Shown: positions 25,800 to 36,829 of the stretch, in pieces
Layout: every line of letters starts with the position of its first letter
How positions within the stretch are numbered: position 1 is the first letter of the stretch
DNA from: Squalus acanthias
Lineage: Eukaryota
Direction of reading: 5' to 3'
NCBI GenBank assembly: GCA_030390025.1
Contig: JASTWF010000088.1
Location: 1-64,000 of the forward strand
Length of the DNA: 64,000 nt
Made by a program: the position numbers and the translations under genes
The notes under the pieces: generated by a model
Told to the model about the DNA's origin: nothing
Seen by the model: only the letters and a program-made list of their open reading frames with translations
Databases searched by the model: none

Positions 25800-28700
25800 G
25801 GGAGATCAGAGTTAGGATCAGGCGGGGTTGAGGAAGGTCAGAGTTAGGGAGAGGCGGGGTGAGGGAGGTCAGAGTTAGGGAGAGGCGGGGTGAGGGAGGT
25901 CAGAGTTAGGGTGAGGCGGGGTGAGAGAGGTCAGAGTTAGGGACAGGCGGTGTGAGGGAGGTCAGAGTTAGGGACAGGCAGGGTAAGAGAGGTCAGAGTT
26001 ACGGAGAGGCGGGGTGAGGGAGGTCAGAGTTAGGGAGATGCGGGGTGAGAGAGGTCAGAGTTATGGTGAGGCGGGGTAAGAGAGGTCAGAGTTAGGGTGA
26101 GGCAGGTTGAGGGAGGTCTGAGTTAGGGAGAGGCGGGGTGAGGGAGGTCAGAGTTAGGGAGAGGCGGGGTGAGGGAGGTCAGAGTTAGGGAGAGGCGGGT
26201 TGAGGGAGGTCAGAGTTAAAGTGAGGCGGAGTGAGGGAGGTCAGAGTTAGGGTGAGGCGGGGTTAGAGAGGTCAGAGTTAGGGAGAGGTGGGGTGAGGGA
26301 TTTCAGAGTTTGGGTGAGGCGGGGTGAGAGAGGTCAGAGTTAGGGAGAGGCGGGGTGAGGAATTTCAGAGTTAGGGAGAGGCGGTGTGTGGGAGGTCAGA
26401 GTTAGAGAGAGGCGGGGTGAGGGAGGTCAGAGTCAGGGTGAGGCGGTGTCAGGGAGGTCAGAGTTAGGGAGAGGCGGGGTGAGGGAGGTCAGAGTTAGGG
26501 TGAGGCAGGGAGAGGGAAGTCAGAGTTAGGGAGTGGCGGGGTGAGAGAGGTCACAGTTAGGGTGAGGCGGGGTGATGGAGGTCAGAGTTAGGGACAGGCG
26601 GTGTGAGGGAGGTCAGAGTTAGGATCAGGCGGGGTTGAGGAAGGTCAGAGTTAGGGAGAGGGGGGGTGAGGGAGGTCAGAGTTAGGGAGAGGCGAGAGTG
26701 AGGGAGAGGTGAGACTGAGGGAGAGGCGAGAGTTAGAGAGAAGCGAGAGTGAGGGAGAGGCGAGGGTGAGAGAGAGGCGAGGGTGAGAGAGAGCCGGGAG
26801 TGAGGGAGAGGCGAGAGTGAGGGAGAGGGGAGAGTGAGGGAGAGGCGAGAGTGAGGGAGAGGCGAGAGTGAGGGAGAGGCGAGAGTGAGGGAGAGGTGGG
26901 AGTGAAGGAGAGGCGAGGGTCAGGGAGAGGCGAGAGTGAGGGAGAGGCGGGAGTGAGGGAGAGGTGAGAGTGAGGGAGAGGTGAGAGTGAGGGAGAGGCG
27001 AGAGTGAGGGACTGGCGAGAGTGAGGGAGAGGCGAGAGTGAGGGAGAGGCGAGAGTGAGGGACTGGCGAGAGTGGCGGGAGTGAAGGAGAGGCGGGTGTG
27101 GGAGTGAGCCGGGAGTGAGGGAGAGGTGGGAGTGAGGGTGAGGTGGGTGTGGGAGAGGCGCTGTGATGGAGAGGTGGGAGCGAGGGAGAGGCGAGGGTCA
27201 GGGAGAGGCATGAATAAGCTCGAGGCGGGGTGAGGGAGTAACGGGTTGAGGAAGAGGAGGGGTGAGAGAGTGGCGGGTGTGAGCGAGAGGTCAGAGTTAG
27301 GAAGGGGTGGGGTGAGGGAGGTCAGAGTTAGGGAGAGGTGGGAGTGAGGGAGAGGTGGGAGTGAGGGAGAGGCGAGAGTGAGGGAGAGGCGAGAGTGAGG
27401 GTAAGGCGGGAGTAAGGGAGAGGTGAGAGTGAGGGAGAGGCGAGAGTGCGGGAGAGGCGAGAGTGAGAGAGAGGTGGGAGTGAGGGAGAGGTGAGAGTGA
27501 GAAAGAGGCGAGAGTGAGGGAGAGGCGACAGTGAGAGAGAGGCGAGAGTGAGGGAGAGGCGACAGTGAGAGAGGGCCGAGAGTGAGAGAGAGGTGGGAGT
27601 GAGGTAGTGGCGGGTGTGGGAGAGGCGGTGTGAGGGAGAAGTGCGAGTGAGGGAGAGGTGAGAGTGAGGGAGAGGCGAGAGTGCGGGAGAGGCGACAGTG
27701 AGAGAGAGGCGAGAGTGAGGGAGAGGCGACAGTGAGAGAGGGCCGAGAGTGAGAGAGAGGTGGGAGTGAGGGAGAGGCGGGTGTGGGAGAGGCGGTGTGA
27801 GGGAGAGGTGGGGGTGAGGGAGAGGCGAGAGTGAGGGAGAGGCAGGAATGAGCAAGAGGCGGGGTGAGGGAGTAACGGGTTGAGCGAGAGGTCAGAGTTA
27901 GCGAGAGGCGGGGTCAGGGAGGTCAGAGTTAGAGACAGGCGGGGTGAGAGAGGTCAGAGTTAGGGAGTGGCGGGGTGAGGGAGGTCAGAGTTAGGGAGAG
28001 GCGGGGTCAGGGAGGTCAGAGTTAGAGACAGGCGGGGTGAGAGAGGTCAGAGTTAGGGAGTGGCGGGGTGAGGGAGGTCAGAGTTAGGGACAGGCGTGGT
28101 GAGGGAGGTCAGTGTTAGGGTGAAGCGGGGTGAGTGAGGTCAGAGTTAGGGTGAGGCGGGGTGAGGGAGGTCAGAGTTAGGGTGAGGCGGAGAGAGTGAG
28201 GTCAGAGTTAGAGTGAGGCGGGGTGAGAGAGGTCAGAGTTAGGGACAGGCGGGGTGAGGGAGGTCAGATTTAGGGACAGGCGTGGTGAGAGAGGTCAGAG
28301 TTAGGGACAGGCAGGGTGATGGAGATCAGAGTTAGGATCAGGCGGGGTTGAGGAAGGTCAGAGTTAGGGAGAGGCGGGGTGAGGGAGGTCAGAGTTAGGG
28401 ACAGGCAGGGTGAGGGAGGTCAGAGTTAGGATCAGGCGCTGTTGAGGAAGGTCAGAGTTAGGGAGAGGCGGGGTGAGGGAGGTCAGAGTTAGGGAGAGGC
28501 AGGGTGAGGGAGGTCAGATTTAGGGTGAGGCGGGGTGATTGAGGTCAGAGTTAGGGACAGGCGGGGTGAGGGAGGTCAGAGTGAGGGACAGGCAGGGTGA
28601 GAGAGGTCAGAGTTACGGAGAGGCGGGGTGAGGGAGATCAGAGTTAGGATCAGGCGGGGTTGAGGAAGGTCAGAGTTAGGGAGAGGCGGGGTGAGGGAGG

Positions 28701-31465
28701 TCAGAGTTAGGGAGAGGCGGGGTGAGGGAGGTCAGAGTTAGGGTGAGGCGGGGTGAGAGAGGTCAGAGTTAGGGACAGGCGGTGTGAGGGAGGTCAGAGT
28801 TAGGGACAGGCAGGGTAAGAGAGGTCAGAGTTACGGAGAGGCGGGGTGAGGGAGGTCAGAGTTAGGGAGATGCGGGGTGAGAGAGGTCAGAGTTATGGTG
28901 AGGCGGGGTAAGAGAGGTCAGAGTTAGGGTGAGGCAGGTTGAGGGAGGTCTGAGTTAGGGAGAGGCGGGGTGAGGGAGGTCAGAGTTAGGGAGAGGCGGG
29001 GTGAGGGAGGTCAGAGTTAGGGAGAGGCGGGTTGAGGGAGGTCAGAGTTAAAGTGAGGCGGAGTGAGGGAGGTCAGAGTTAGGGTGAGGCGGGGTTAGAG
29101 AGGTCAGAGTTAGGGAGAGGTGGGGTGAGGGATTTCAGAGTTTGGGTGAGGCGGGGTGAGAGAGGTCAGAGTTAGGGAGAGGCGGGGTGAGGAATTTCAG
29201 AGTTAGGGAGAGGCGGTGTGTGGGAGGTCAGAGTTAGAGAGAGGCGGGGTGAGGGAGGTCAGAGTCAGGGTGAGGCGGTGTCAGGGAGGTCAGAGTTAGG
29301 GAGAGGCGGGGTGAGGGAGGTCAGAGTTAGGGTGAGGCAGGGAGAGGGAAGTCAGAGTTAGGGAGTGGCGGGGTGAGAGAGGTCACAGTTAGGGTGAGGC
29401 GGGGTGATGGAGGTCAGAGTTAGGGACAGGCGGTGTGAGGGAGGTCAGAGTTAGGATCAGGCGGGGTTGAGGAAGGTCAGAGTTAGGGAGAGGGGGGGTG
29501 AGGGAGGTCAGAGTTAGGGAGAGGCGAGAGTGAGGGAGAGGTGAGACTGAGGGAGAGGCGAGAGTTAGAGAGAAGCGAGAGTGAGGGAGAGGCGAGGGTG
29601 AGAGAGAGGCGAGGGTGAGAGAGAGCCGGGAGTGAGGGAGAGGCGAGAGTGAGGGAGAGGGGAGAGTGAGGGAGAGGCGAGAGTGAGGGAGAGGCGAGAG
29701 TGAGGGAGAGGCGAGAGTGAGGGAGAGGTGGGAGTGAAGGAGAGGCGAGGGTCAGGGAGAGGCGAGAGTGAGGGAGAGGCGGGAGTGAGGGAGAGGTGAG
29801 AGTGAGGGAGAGGTGAGAGTGAGGGAGAGGCGAGAGTGAGGGACTGGCGAGAGTGAGGGAGAGGCGAGAGTGAGGGAGAGGCGAGAGTGAGGGACTGGCG
29901 AGAGTGGCGGGAGTGAAGGAGAGGCGGGTGTGGGAGTGAGCCGGGAGTGAGGGAGAGGTGGGAGTGAGGGTGAGGTGGGTGTGGGAGAGGCGCTGTGATG
30001 GAGAGGTGGGAGCGAGGGAGAGGCGAGGGTCAGGGAGAGGCATGAATAAGCTCGAGGCGGGGTGAGGGAGTAACGGGTTGAGGAAGAGGAGGGGTGAGAG
30101 AGTGGCGGGTGTGAGCGAGAGGTCAGAGTTAGGAAGGGGTGGGGTGAGGGAGGTCAGAGTTAGGGAGAGGTGGGAGTGAGGGAGAGGTGGGAGTGAGGGA
30201 GAGGCGAGAGTGAGGGAGAGGCGAGAGTGAGGGTAAGGCGGGAGTAAGGGAGAGGTGAGAGTGAGGGAGAGGCGAGAGTGCGGGAGAGGCGAGAGTGAGA
30301 GAGAGGTGGGAGTGAGGGAGAGGTGAGAGTGAGAAAGAGGCGAGAGTGAGGGAGAGGCGACAGTGAGAGAGAGGCGAGAGTGAGGGAGAGGCGACAGTGA
30401 GAGAGGGCCGAGAGTGAGAGAGAGGTGGGAGTGAGGTAGTGGCGGGTGTGGAGAGGCGGTGTGAGGGAGAAGTGCGAGTGAGGGAGAGGTGAGAGTGAGG
30501 GAGAGGCGAGAGTGCGGGAGAGGCGACAGTGAGAGAGAGGCGAGAGTGAGGGAGAGGCGACAGTGAGAGAGGGCCGAGAGTGAGAGAGAGGTGGGAGTGA
30601 GGGAGAGGCGGGTGTGGGAGAGGCGGTGTGAGGGAGAGGTGGGGGTGAGGGAGAGGCGAGAGTGAGGGAGAGGCAGGAATGAGCAAGAGGCGGGGTGAGG
30701 GAGTAACGGGTTGAGCGAGAGGTCAGAGTTAGCGAGAGGCGGGGTCAGGGAGGTCAGAGTTAGAGACAGGCGGGGTGAGAGAGGTCAGAGTTAGGGAGTG
30801 GCGGGGTGAGGGAGGTCAGAGTTAGGGAGAGGCGGGGTCAGGGAGGTCAGAGTTAGAGACAGGCGGGGTGAGAGAGGTCAGAGTTAGGGAGTGGCGGGGT
30901 GAGGGAGGTCAGAGTTAGGGACAGGCGTGGTGAGGGAGGTCAGTGTTAGGGTGAAGCGGGGTGAGTGAGGTCAGAGTTAGGGTGAGGCGGGGTGAGGGAG
31001 GTCAGAGTTAGGGTGAGGCGGAGAGAGTGAGGTCAGAGTTAGAGTGAGGCGGGGTGAGAGAGGTCAGAGTTAGGGACAGGCGGGGTGAGGGAGGTCAGAT
31101 TTAGGGACAGGCGTGGTGAGAGAGGTCAGAGTTAGGGACAGGCAGGGTGATGGAGATCAGAGTTAGGATCAGGCGGGGTTGAGGAAGGTCAGAGTTAGGG
31201 AGAGGCGGGGTGAGGGAGGTCAGAGTTAGGGACAGGCAGGGTGAGGGAGGTCAGAGTTAGGATCAGGCGCTGTTGAGGAAGGTCAGAGTTAGGGAGAGGC
31301 GGGGTGAGGGAGGTCAGAGTTAGGGAGAGGCAGGGTGAGGGAGGTCAGATTTAGGGTGAGGCGGGGTGATTGAGGTCAGAGTTAGGGACAGGCGGGGTGA
31401 GGGAGGTCAGAGTGAGGGACAGGCAGGGTGAGAGAGGTCAGAGTTACGGAGAGGCGGGGTGAGGG
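25800..31465 (+). repeat. Higher-order tandem duplication within the satellite, unit ~2,832 bp
   Basis: ORFs 26651/29483 are offset by 2,832 and ORF ends 27855/30686 by 2,831. Private variants (gaggtagtgg, gttagcgaga, atcaggcgct) occur once in each copy. Confidence 0.9.
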
Positions 31466-32074
31466 AGGTCAGAGTTAGGGAGATGCGGGGTGAGAGAGGT
31501 CACAGTTTGGGTGAGGCGGGGTGATGAAGGTCAGAGTTAGGACGAGGCGGGGTAAGGGAGAGGCAAGATTGAGAGTGAGGCGAGAGTGAGGGAGAGGCGA
31601 GAATGAGGGAGATGCGAGAGTGAGAGAGAGGCGAAAGTGAGAGAGAGGCGAGAGTGAGGGAGAGTGAGGGAGATGCGAGAGTGAGGGAGAGGCGAGAGTG
31701 AGGGAGAGGCGAGAGTGAGGGAGAGGCGAGAGTGAGGGAGAGGCGAGAGTGAGGGAGAGGCGGGAGTGAGGGAGAGGCGAGAGTGAGGGAGAGGCGGGAG
31801 TGAGGGAGAGGCGGGTGCGGGAGAGAGCTTGGAGTGAGGGAGAGGTGGGAGTGAGGGTGAGGCGAGGGTCAGGGAGAGGCATGAATGAGCAAGAGGCGGG
31901 GTGAGGGAGTAACGGGTTGAGCAAGAGGAGGGGTGAGAGAGTGGCGGGTGTGCGCGAGAGGTCAGAGTTAGGGACAGGCGGTGTGAGGGAGGTCAGAGTT
32001 AGGGACAGGCCGGGTGAGGGAGGTCAGAGTTAGGGACAGGCGGGGTGAGTGAGGTCAGAATAAGGATGAGGCAG

Positions 32075-32833
32075 GCTGATGTTTGCGCCGCTCGCGAAAT
32101 TAACTAGACATTTTGCGGCAATAAACACTACCGCCACGATCTCCTGCGCCGGCAGATCGTGACGTCAGTCGAGTGCGCAACGCCCCGGCATCGCCCCGGA
32201 GCGGATAGTGAGTGGCGCCCCCTGCCTTACCGCCTGCCGCTAGCAACGATAGGTTGAGGGGACCGCTTCCTGCCTTTTATTGTTGGTTACATTTTTGAAC
32301 CACGCATTCTGAGAGAGAGAGAGAGAGACTTCTGGAGAGAGTCAACGCTGTGTGTGCGAGTTTTGGGGACTGAGCAGCACTTTGCAGGTTCATTTTGATT
32401 TGCCCTTTCTTGTATCGATTTAGAAAAGACTTTGAGGGCTGCACTCTGAGCTCTTTCCCTGGTACTCTCCATTGTTCTTTCCAGCAGATTTGATGTGCAG
32501 GTCTCTCCAGGCCGAGATTCAAGGCTGCAATGAGCAGGATGTGGATGGAAAGCAAGATCAACCCTCCCCTTTAAGAACTGGCCCGCGCCATTGTATGTGT
32601 GTTCCATTGCTGACTGACATCATATGAGCTTCGCCAGCGCTCTGAGTTAGTGCCTCGCTCCTCGGCCTTTGCGCCTTAAGACAGGTGTGAAGCGCCTGAT
32701 TTAGCGCTCCAATCACCTCCAGGGGCGATAAAAGTCAAGTTTGCAGTCGGTGGTGATAATTAGCGCCAGGCGCTAATCTTTGCGCCCGGCCGATAATTGC
32801 GGCCCAAATGGGGTGATACTGAATTTCTCCCCC
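32075..32833 (-). mobile_element. Non-autonomous DNA transposon (Harbinger-like MITE), truncated by the satellite
   Basis: Reverse-complement homologue of 35639-36532 (paired pseudo-ORFs 32277-/35917+ and 32287-/35865+). TIR-like end GAATTTCTCCCCC at ~32821-32833. The other end is missing. Confidence 0.75.
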
Positions 32834-33474
32834 CAAATCCCTTAATCCCCTTGGCTAGTAAAAATCTATTGATCTCAGTTTTAATATTATTAATTGAACT
32901 AGCGTCTACTGCTGTTTGTGGGCGAGTGTTGCTCACCTCTACCACCCTTTGCGTGAAGAAATGTTTCCTAACTTCTCTCCTGAATGGCCTGGTTCTGATT
33001 TTAAGGTTATGTCCCCTTGTCCTGGACTCCCCCAGCAGCAGAAAACATTTCTCTCTATCTACCCAATCAATTCCTTTCAAAATCCTAAAAACCTCAATCA
33101 AATCACCCCTTAGTCTTCTATATTCCAGAGAATACAAGCCTAGTTTATGTAATCTCTCCTCATAATTTAACCCTTGGAGCCCTGGTAACATTCTGGTGAA
33201 TCTGCGCTGCACTCCTTCCAAGGCCAGTATATCCTAAGGTACGGTGCCCAGAACAGTACACAGTGCTCCAGATGTGGTCTAACTAGGGCTTTGTATAGCT
33301 GTAAGAAAACTTCCTCCCCTTTATATTCTAGCCCTCTAGTTATAAAGGCTAACATTCGATTAGCCTTTTTGATTATTTTTTGTACCTGACCACTACATAT
33401 TTCTGATCTGTGTACATGGACCTCTAAATCTCTTTGGAACTCCACTATTCCTAGCTTTTCACCATTTGAAAAAT

Positions 33475-35277
33475 TCGACGGCAGAGGATGGGACGACCTT
33501 GGATCTGGACTGGAGGCGACGGAGGTTGAACAGTTTCCCGTTTGTTCTGTGAATTAGCTCCACTCCAGCAGGGAGCTTACTGAGGGTGAGGCAAGGAAGA
33601 TCGAGAAGAGCGTTGGTGCGATGACACAGACTTGCTTGACCCCGGTTCGCACGTGAATTGGGTCTGTGGTGGAACCATTGGTCAGGGTCACGGCTTGCAT
33701 GTCATCGGGAAGCTGGCGGAGGATGGTGACAAACTTTTGAGGGCAGCCGAATTTGCGGAGGACACTCCATAACCGGTGAAGATCGTGTCCATTGTGCCCC
33801 TTAGTGGGCGGAATCCGCATTGCGACTCTGGGAGGAGCTCTTCGGCCACTGGGAGAAGACGATTGCGGAGGATACTTGCGATGACTTTCCCTATGGCAGA
33901 CAGCAGGGAAACTCCTCTGTAATTACTGCAATCGGACTTGTCACCTTTCTTGAAGATGGTCACAATTACGGCGTCTCTGAGATCCCCTGGCATGCTCTCC
34001 TCCTTCCATATAAGAGAAATGAGTTCATGAATTCGCGCCAGTAGTGCTTCTCCGTCATGCTTTAGTGCCTCGGCGGGGATTCCATCTGCTCCTGAGGCCT
34101 TGTTGTTCTTCAGTTGTCGGATGGCCTTTGCAACCTCATGCCAGGCTGGGGTTGTGCTGAGGTGGTGGCGGGTAGCATGCTGCGGGATGGAGTTGAGGAC
34201 ACTCGCGTTGAAGACAGAGTCGTGGTTAAGGAGATCTTTGAAGTGCTCCTTCCAGCGGGCACTGACTGCCTCTCTGTCCTTGATGAGTACCTCTCCGTCC
34301 TTGGCCCGCAGTGGGGTAGGGCCTTGGGTGCTTGGGCCGTAGATCGTCTTGACTGCGCTAAAGAATCCACGCACGTCGTGGTTGTCGGCTAGTTGCTGGA
34401 TCTCCTGCGCTTTCTCCACCCACCATCTGTTCTTTAGGTCGCGAGTTTTTGTTGGACCTCAGCCTTCAGGCGTCTGTAGAGCTGCTTTCTTGCTCTCGAG
34501 TTCTGTTGCTGTTTCCAGATCAGGAAGGCCTTGCGCTTGCGGCTTATTAGCTCCTGGATCTCCTGGTCGTTCTCGTCGAACCAGCCTTGGTGTTTCCTGG
34601 TCGAGTGACCGAGCGTCTCTTCACAGGTGCTGATTATGGAGGCCTTGAGTGCAGACCAGGCGCTGTGGACACTCTGTGTCTCTGCATCACTGGGAGTTGT
34701 CAGGTTGTTTGTGAGGCGCAGGCTGAATAGGGCTTTCTTAGCGGGGTCTTTGAGTGCTCCGGCGCACCAACGTCAGTGTTCTTGCTCAGGCCAACATCCC
34801 CAGCATCGAAGCTTTGACCACGCTCGATCAGCTCCGATGGACGGGTCACATTGTCCGCATGCCCGATACGAGACTCCCAAAACAAGCGCTCTACTCGGAG
34901 CTCCGGCACGGCAAGAGAGCCCCAGGTGGGCAGAGGAAACGCTTCAAGGACACCCTCAAAGCCTCCTTAAAAAAGTGGAACATCCCCACCAACACCTGGG
35001 AATCCCTGGTCCAAGACCGCACAAAGTGGAGGAGAAGCAGCTGGGAAGGTGCCGAACACCTCGAGTCTCTTCGCCGGGAGCAAGCGGAAGCCAAGCGTAG
35101 GCAGCGCAAGGAGCGCACGTCAACCCAAGCACCCCACCCACTTGCCCCTTCAACCACCGTCTGCCCCACCTGTGACAGAGACTGTAGGTCCCGCATTGGA
35201 CTCATCAGTCACCTGCGAACTCATTTTTAATGTGGAAGCAAGTCATCCTCGGTTCCGAGGGACTGCCTAAGAAGAAG
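33475..35277. mobile_element. RTE-clade LINE insertion with 5' inversion (33475-34763 minus; 34761-35277 plus)
   Basis: Minus segment encodes KASGADGIPAE..KKGDKSDCSNYRGVSLLS..PESQCGFRP. Plus segment encodes QLRWTGHIVRM..GGQRKRFKDTLK..CPTCDRDCRSRIGLISH and ends in a (GAA)n tail. 11-bp TSD ATTTGAAAAAT at 33464-33474 and 35278-35288. Confidence 0.93.
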
Positions 35278-35638
35278 ATTTGAAAAATACTCAGATCTAT
35301 CCTTTTTGGTCCAAAATGGATGACTTCATACTTACCTGCGTTGAAATCCATCTGCCACAGTTTTGCCCACTCACTTAATCTATCAATGTTTCTTTCTAAT
35401 TTTATTCTCTAATTGTCATCAATCTTTGTGTCATCGACAAACTTGGATATATTGTATTATGTAGGTCATTAATAAATGTAGTGAATAGTTGAGACCTCTG
35501 CACCGGTTCACTGTGGGACACCACCAGTAACTTCCTTCCAATTCAAGTCCAAGCCCTTTATACCTACTCCCTGTTTTCTACTGCCTAACCAGGTCAACAA
35601 TTTGCCTTCAATTCCCTGAGCTTTAATTTTAGCTCCTA

Positions 35639-36532
35639 GGGGTAGAAATTAGGTCGCGCCCCATTTGGGGCGCAAATATCGTCTGGACGCAAATATTAGC
35701 GCCTGGCGCTAATTATCGGCACTGACTGGAAACTTCACTTTTACCGCCCCGGGAGGTGAGTGGAGCGCTAAAGCAGGCGCTGCACACCTGTCTTAAGGCG
35801 CAAAGGCCAAGGAGTGAGGCGCTAACTCAGAGCGCTGGCGAAGCTCATGTAATGTCAGTCAGCAATGGAACACACACACAATGGCACGGGCCAGTTCTTA
35901 AAGGGGATGGTTAATCTTGCTTTCCATCCACATCCTGTTCATTGCAGCCTTGAATCTCGGCCTGGAGAGACTTGCACATCAAATGTGCTGGAAAGAACAA
36001 TTGAGAGTACCAGGCAAAGAGCTCAGAGTGCAGTTCCCACAGTCTCTGCTAAATCGATACAAGGAATGGCAAATCAAAATGAACCTGCAAAGTGCTGCTC
36101 AGTACCCAAAACTCCTTCACACAACGTTGAATCTCTCCAGAAGTCTCTCCCTCTCTCTCTCAGAATGTGTAGTTCAAAAATGCCACCAACAATAAAAGAC
36201 AGGAAGAGGCCCCCTTTAAATAGCGCCCCCCCCCAGCCCCACAGCGATTGATAGCGTTCCAGTCTTCTGGTCGTTGCTAGCGTCAGGCGGTAAGGCAGGG
36301 GGCGCCACTCAATTTCCGCTCCGGGGCGCCACAAGGGCGTTGCACCATGGAATGACGTCACAATCTGCGCGCGCAGGTGGTCGCAGCGGTAAGTTTTAGC
36401 GCCGCCGCACAATGTCAAGTTAAGTTCCCGAGCGGCGCAAACATCGCTGCGCCCGGGCGTTAGCGGCTTTGCGCCCCATTAGCGCCCTCTTAAGGCGCTA
36501 ACGGGAGGCGCAACCAACTGAATTTTTACCCC
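35639..36532 (+). mobile_element. Non-autonomous Harbinger-like MITE (~0.9 kb) inserted in CR1
   Basis: TIRs GGGGTAGAAATT ... AATTTTTACCCC (1 mismatch). CR1 sequence resumes on both sides with a ~3-bp duplication (cta/ata or tag/tag). Confidence 0.8.
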
Positions 36533-36829
36533 ATAGTCTCTTATGTGGAACCTTATCGAATGCATTCTTGAAGTCCATAGAAACTACATCAATGGACATC
36601 CCCTGTCTACTACTTTAGTTACTTCCTCTAAAAATTCAACTAGGCTCGTTAGACATGACCGACACGTTCCAAATCCATGTTGTCTCTCTCTAATCAGTTC
36701 AAATTTCTTTAAGTGCCCAGTCACTCTGTCCTTAATTATAGATTCCAATAACTTCCCCACAACAGATGTTAGACTAACAGGTCTATAATTTCATGGTTTC
36801 TCTCCCTCACCTTTCTTAAATAATGGAGT

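Larger units (their letters stand above)
1..32060 (+). repeat. Composite G-rich satellite: blocks of a 31-bp monomer (GGTCAGAGTTAGGGAGAGGCGGGGTGAGGGA) alternating with blocks of a 17-bp monomer (GAGGGAGAGGCGAGAGT)
   Basis: Monomers read directly throughout. The minus-strand ORFs show the 17-aa period expected from 3x17 nt (LASPSLSPLPHSRLSLT). The array ends at ~32,060 and begins before the window start. Confidence 0.97.
32835..36828 (-). mobile_element. CR1-clade LINE fragment (RT to 3' region), split by an RTE insertion and a MITE
   Basis: Minus-strand CR1 motifs: TPLFKKG..NYRPVSLTSVVGK (~36,800), YKALVRPHLEHC, VQRRFTRMLPGLQGLNYEERL..RRLRGDLIEVF. Stops and frameshifts present. Confidence 0.9.

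Noticed and set aside
599-31924. Dozens of Ser/Pro/Leu/His-rich minus-strand ORFs
   Set aside because: They are translations of the pyrimidine strand of the 17-bp satellite, which lacks stop codons. Low complexity, no splice or domain evidence.
1-32060. True telomere, CRISPR-like array, or immunoglobulin switch region
   Set aside because: No tandem (TTAGGG)n run and wrong polarity for a left telomere. No unique spacers or cas genes, and the DNA is eukaryotic. No Ig constant exons nearby and no AGCT-rich repeat unit.
32277-36251. Paired ~100-aa ORFs (MEHTYNG../MEHTHNG..) as duplicated genes
   Set aside because: They are chance frames within two copies of a non-coding MITE, open in several frames with no recognisable domain.
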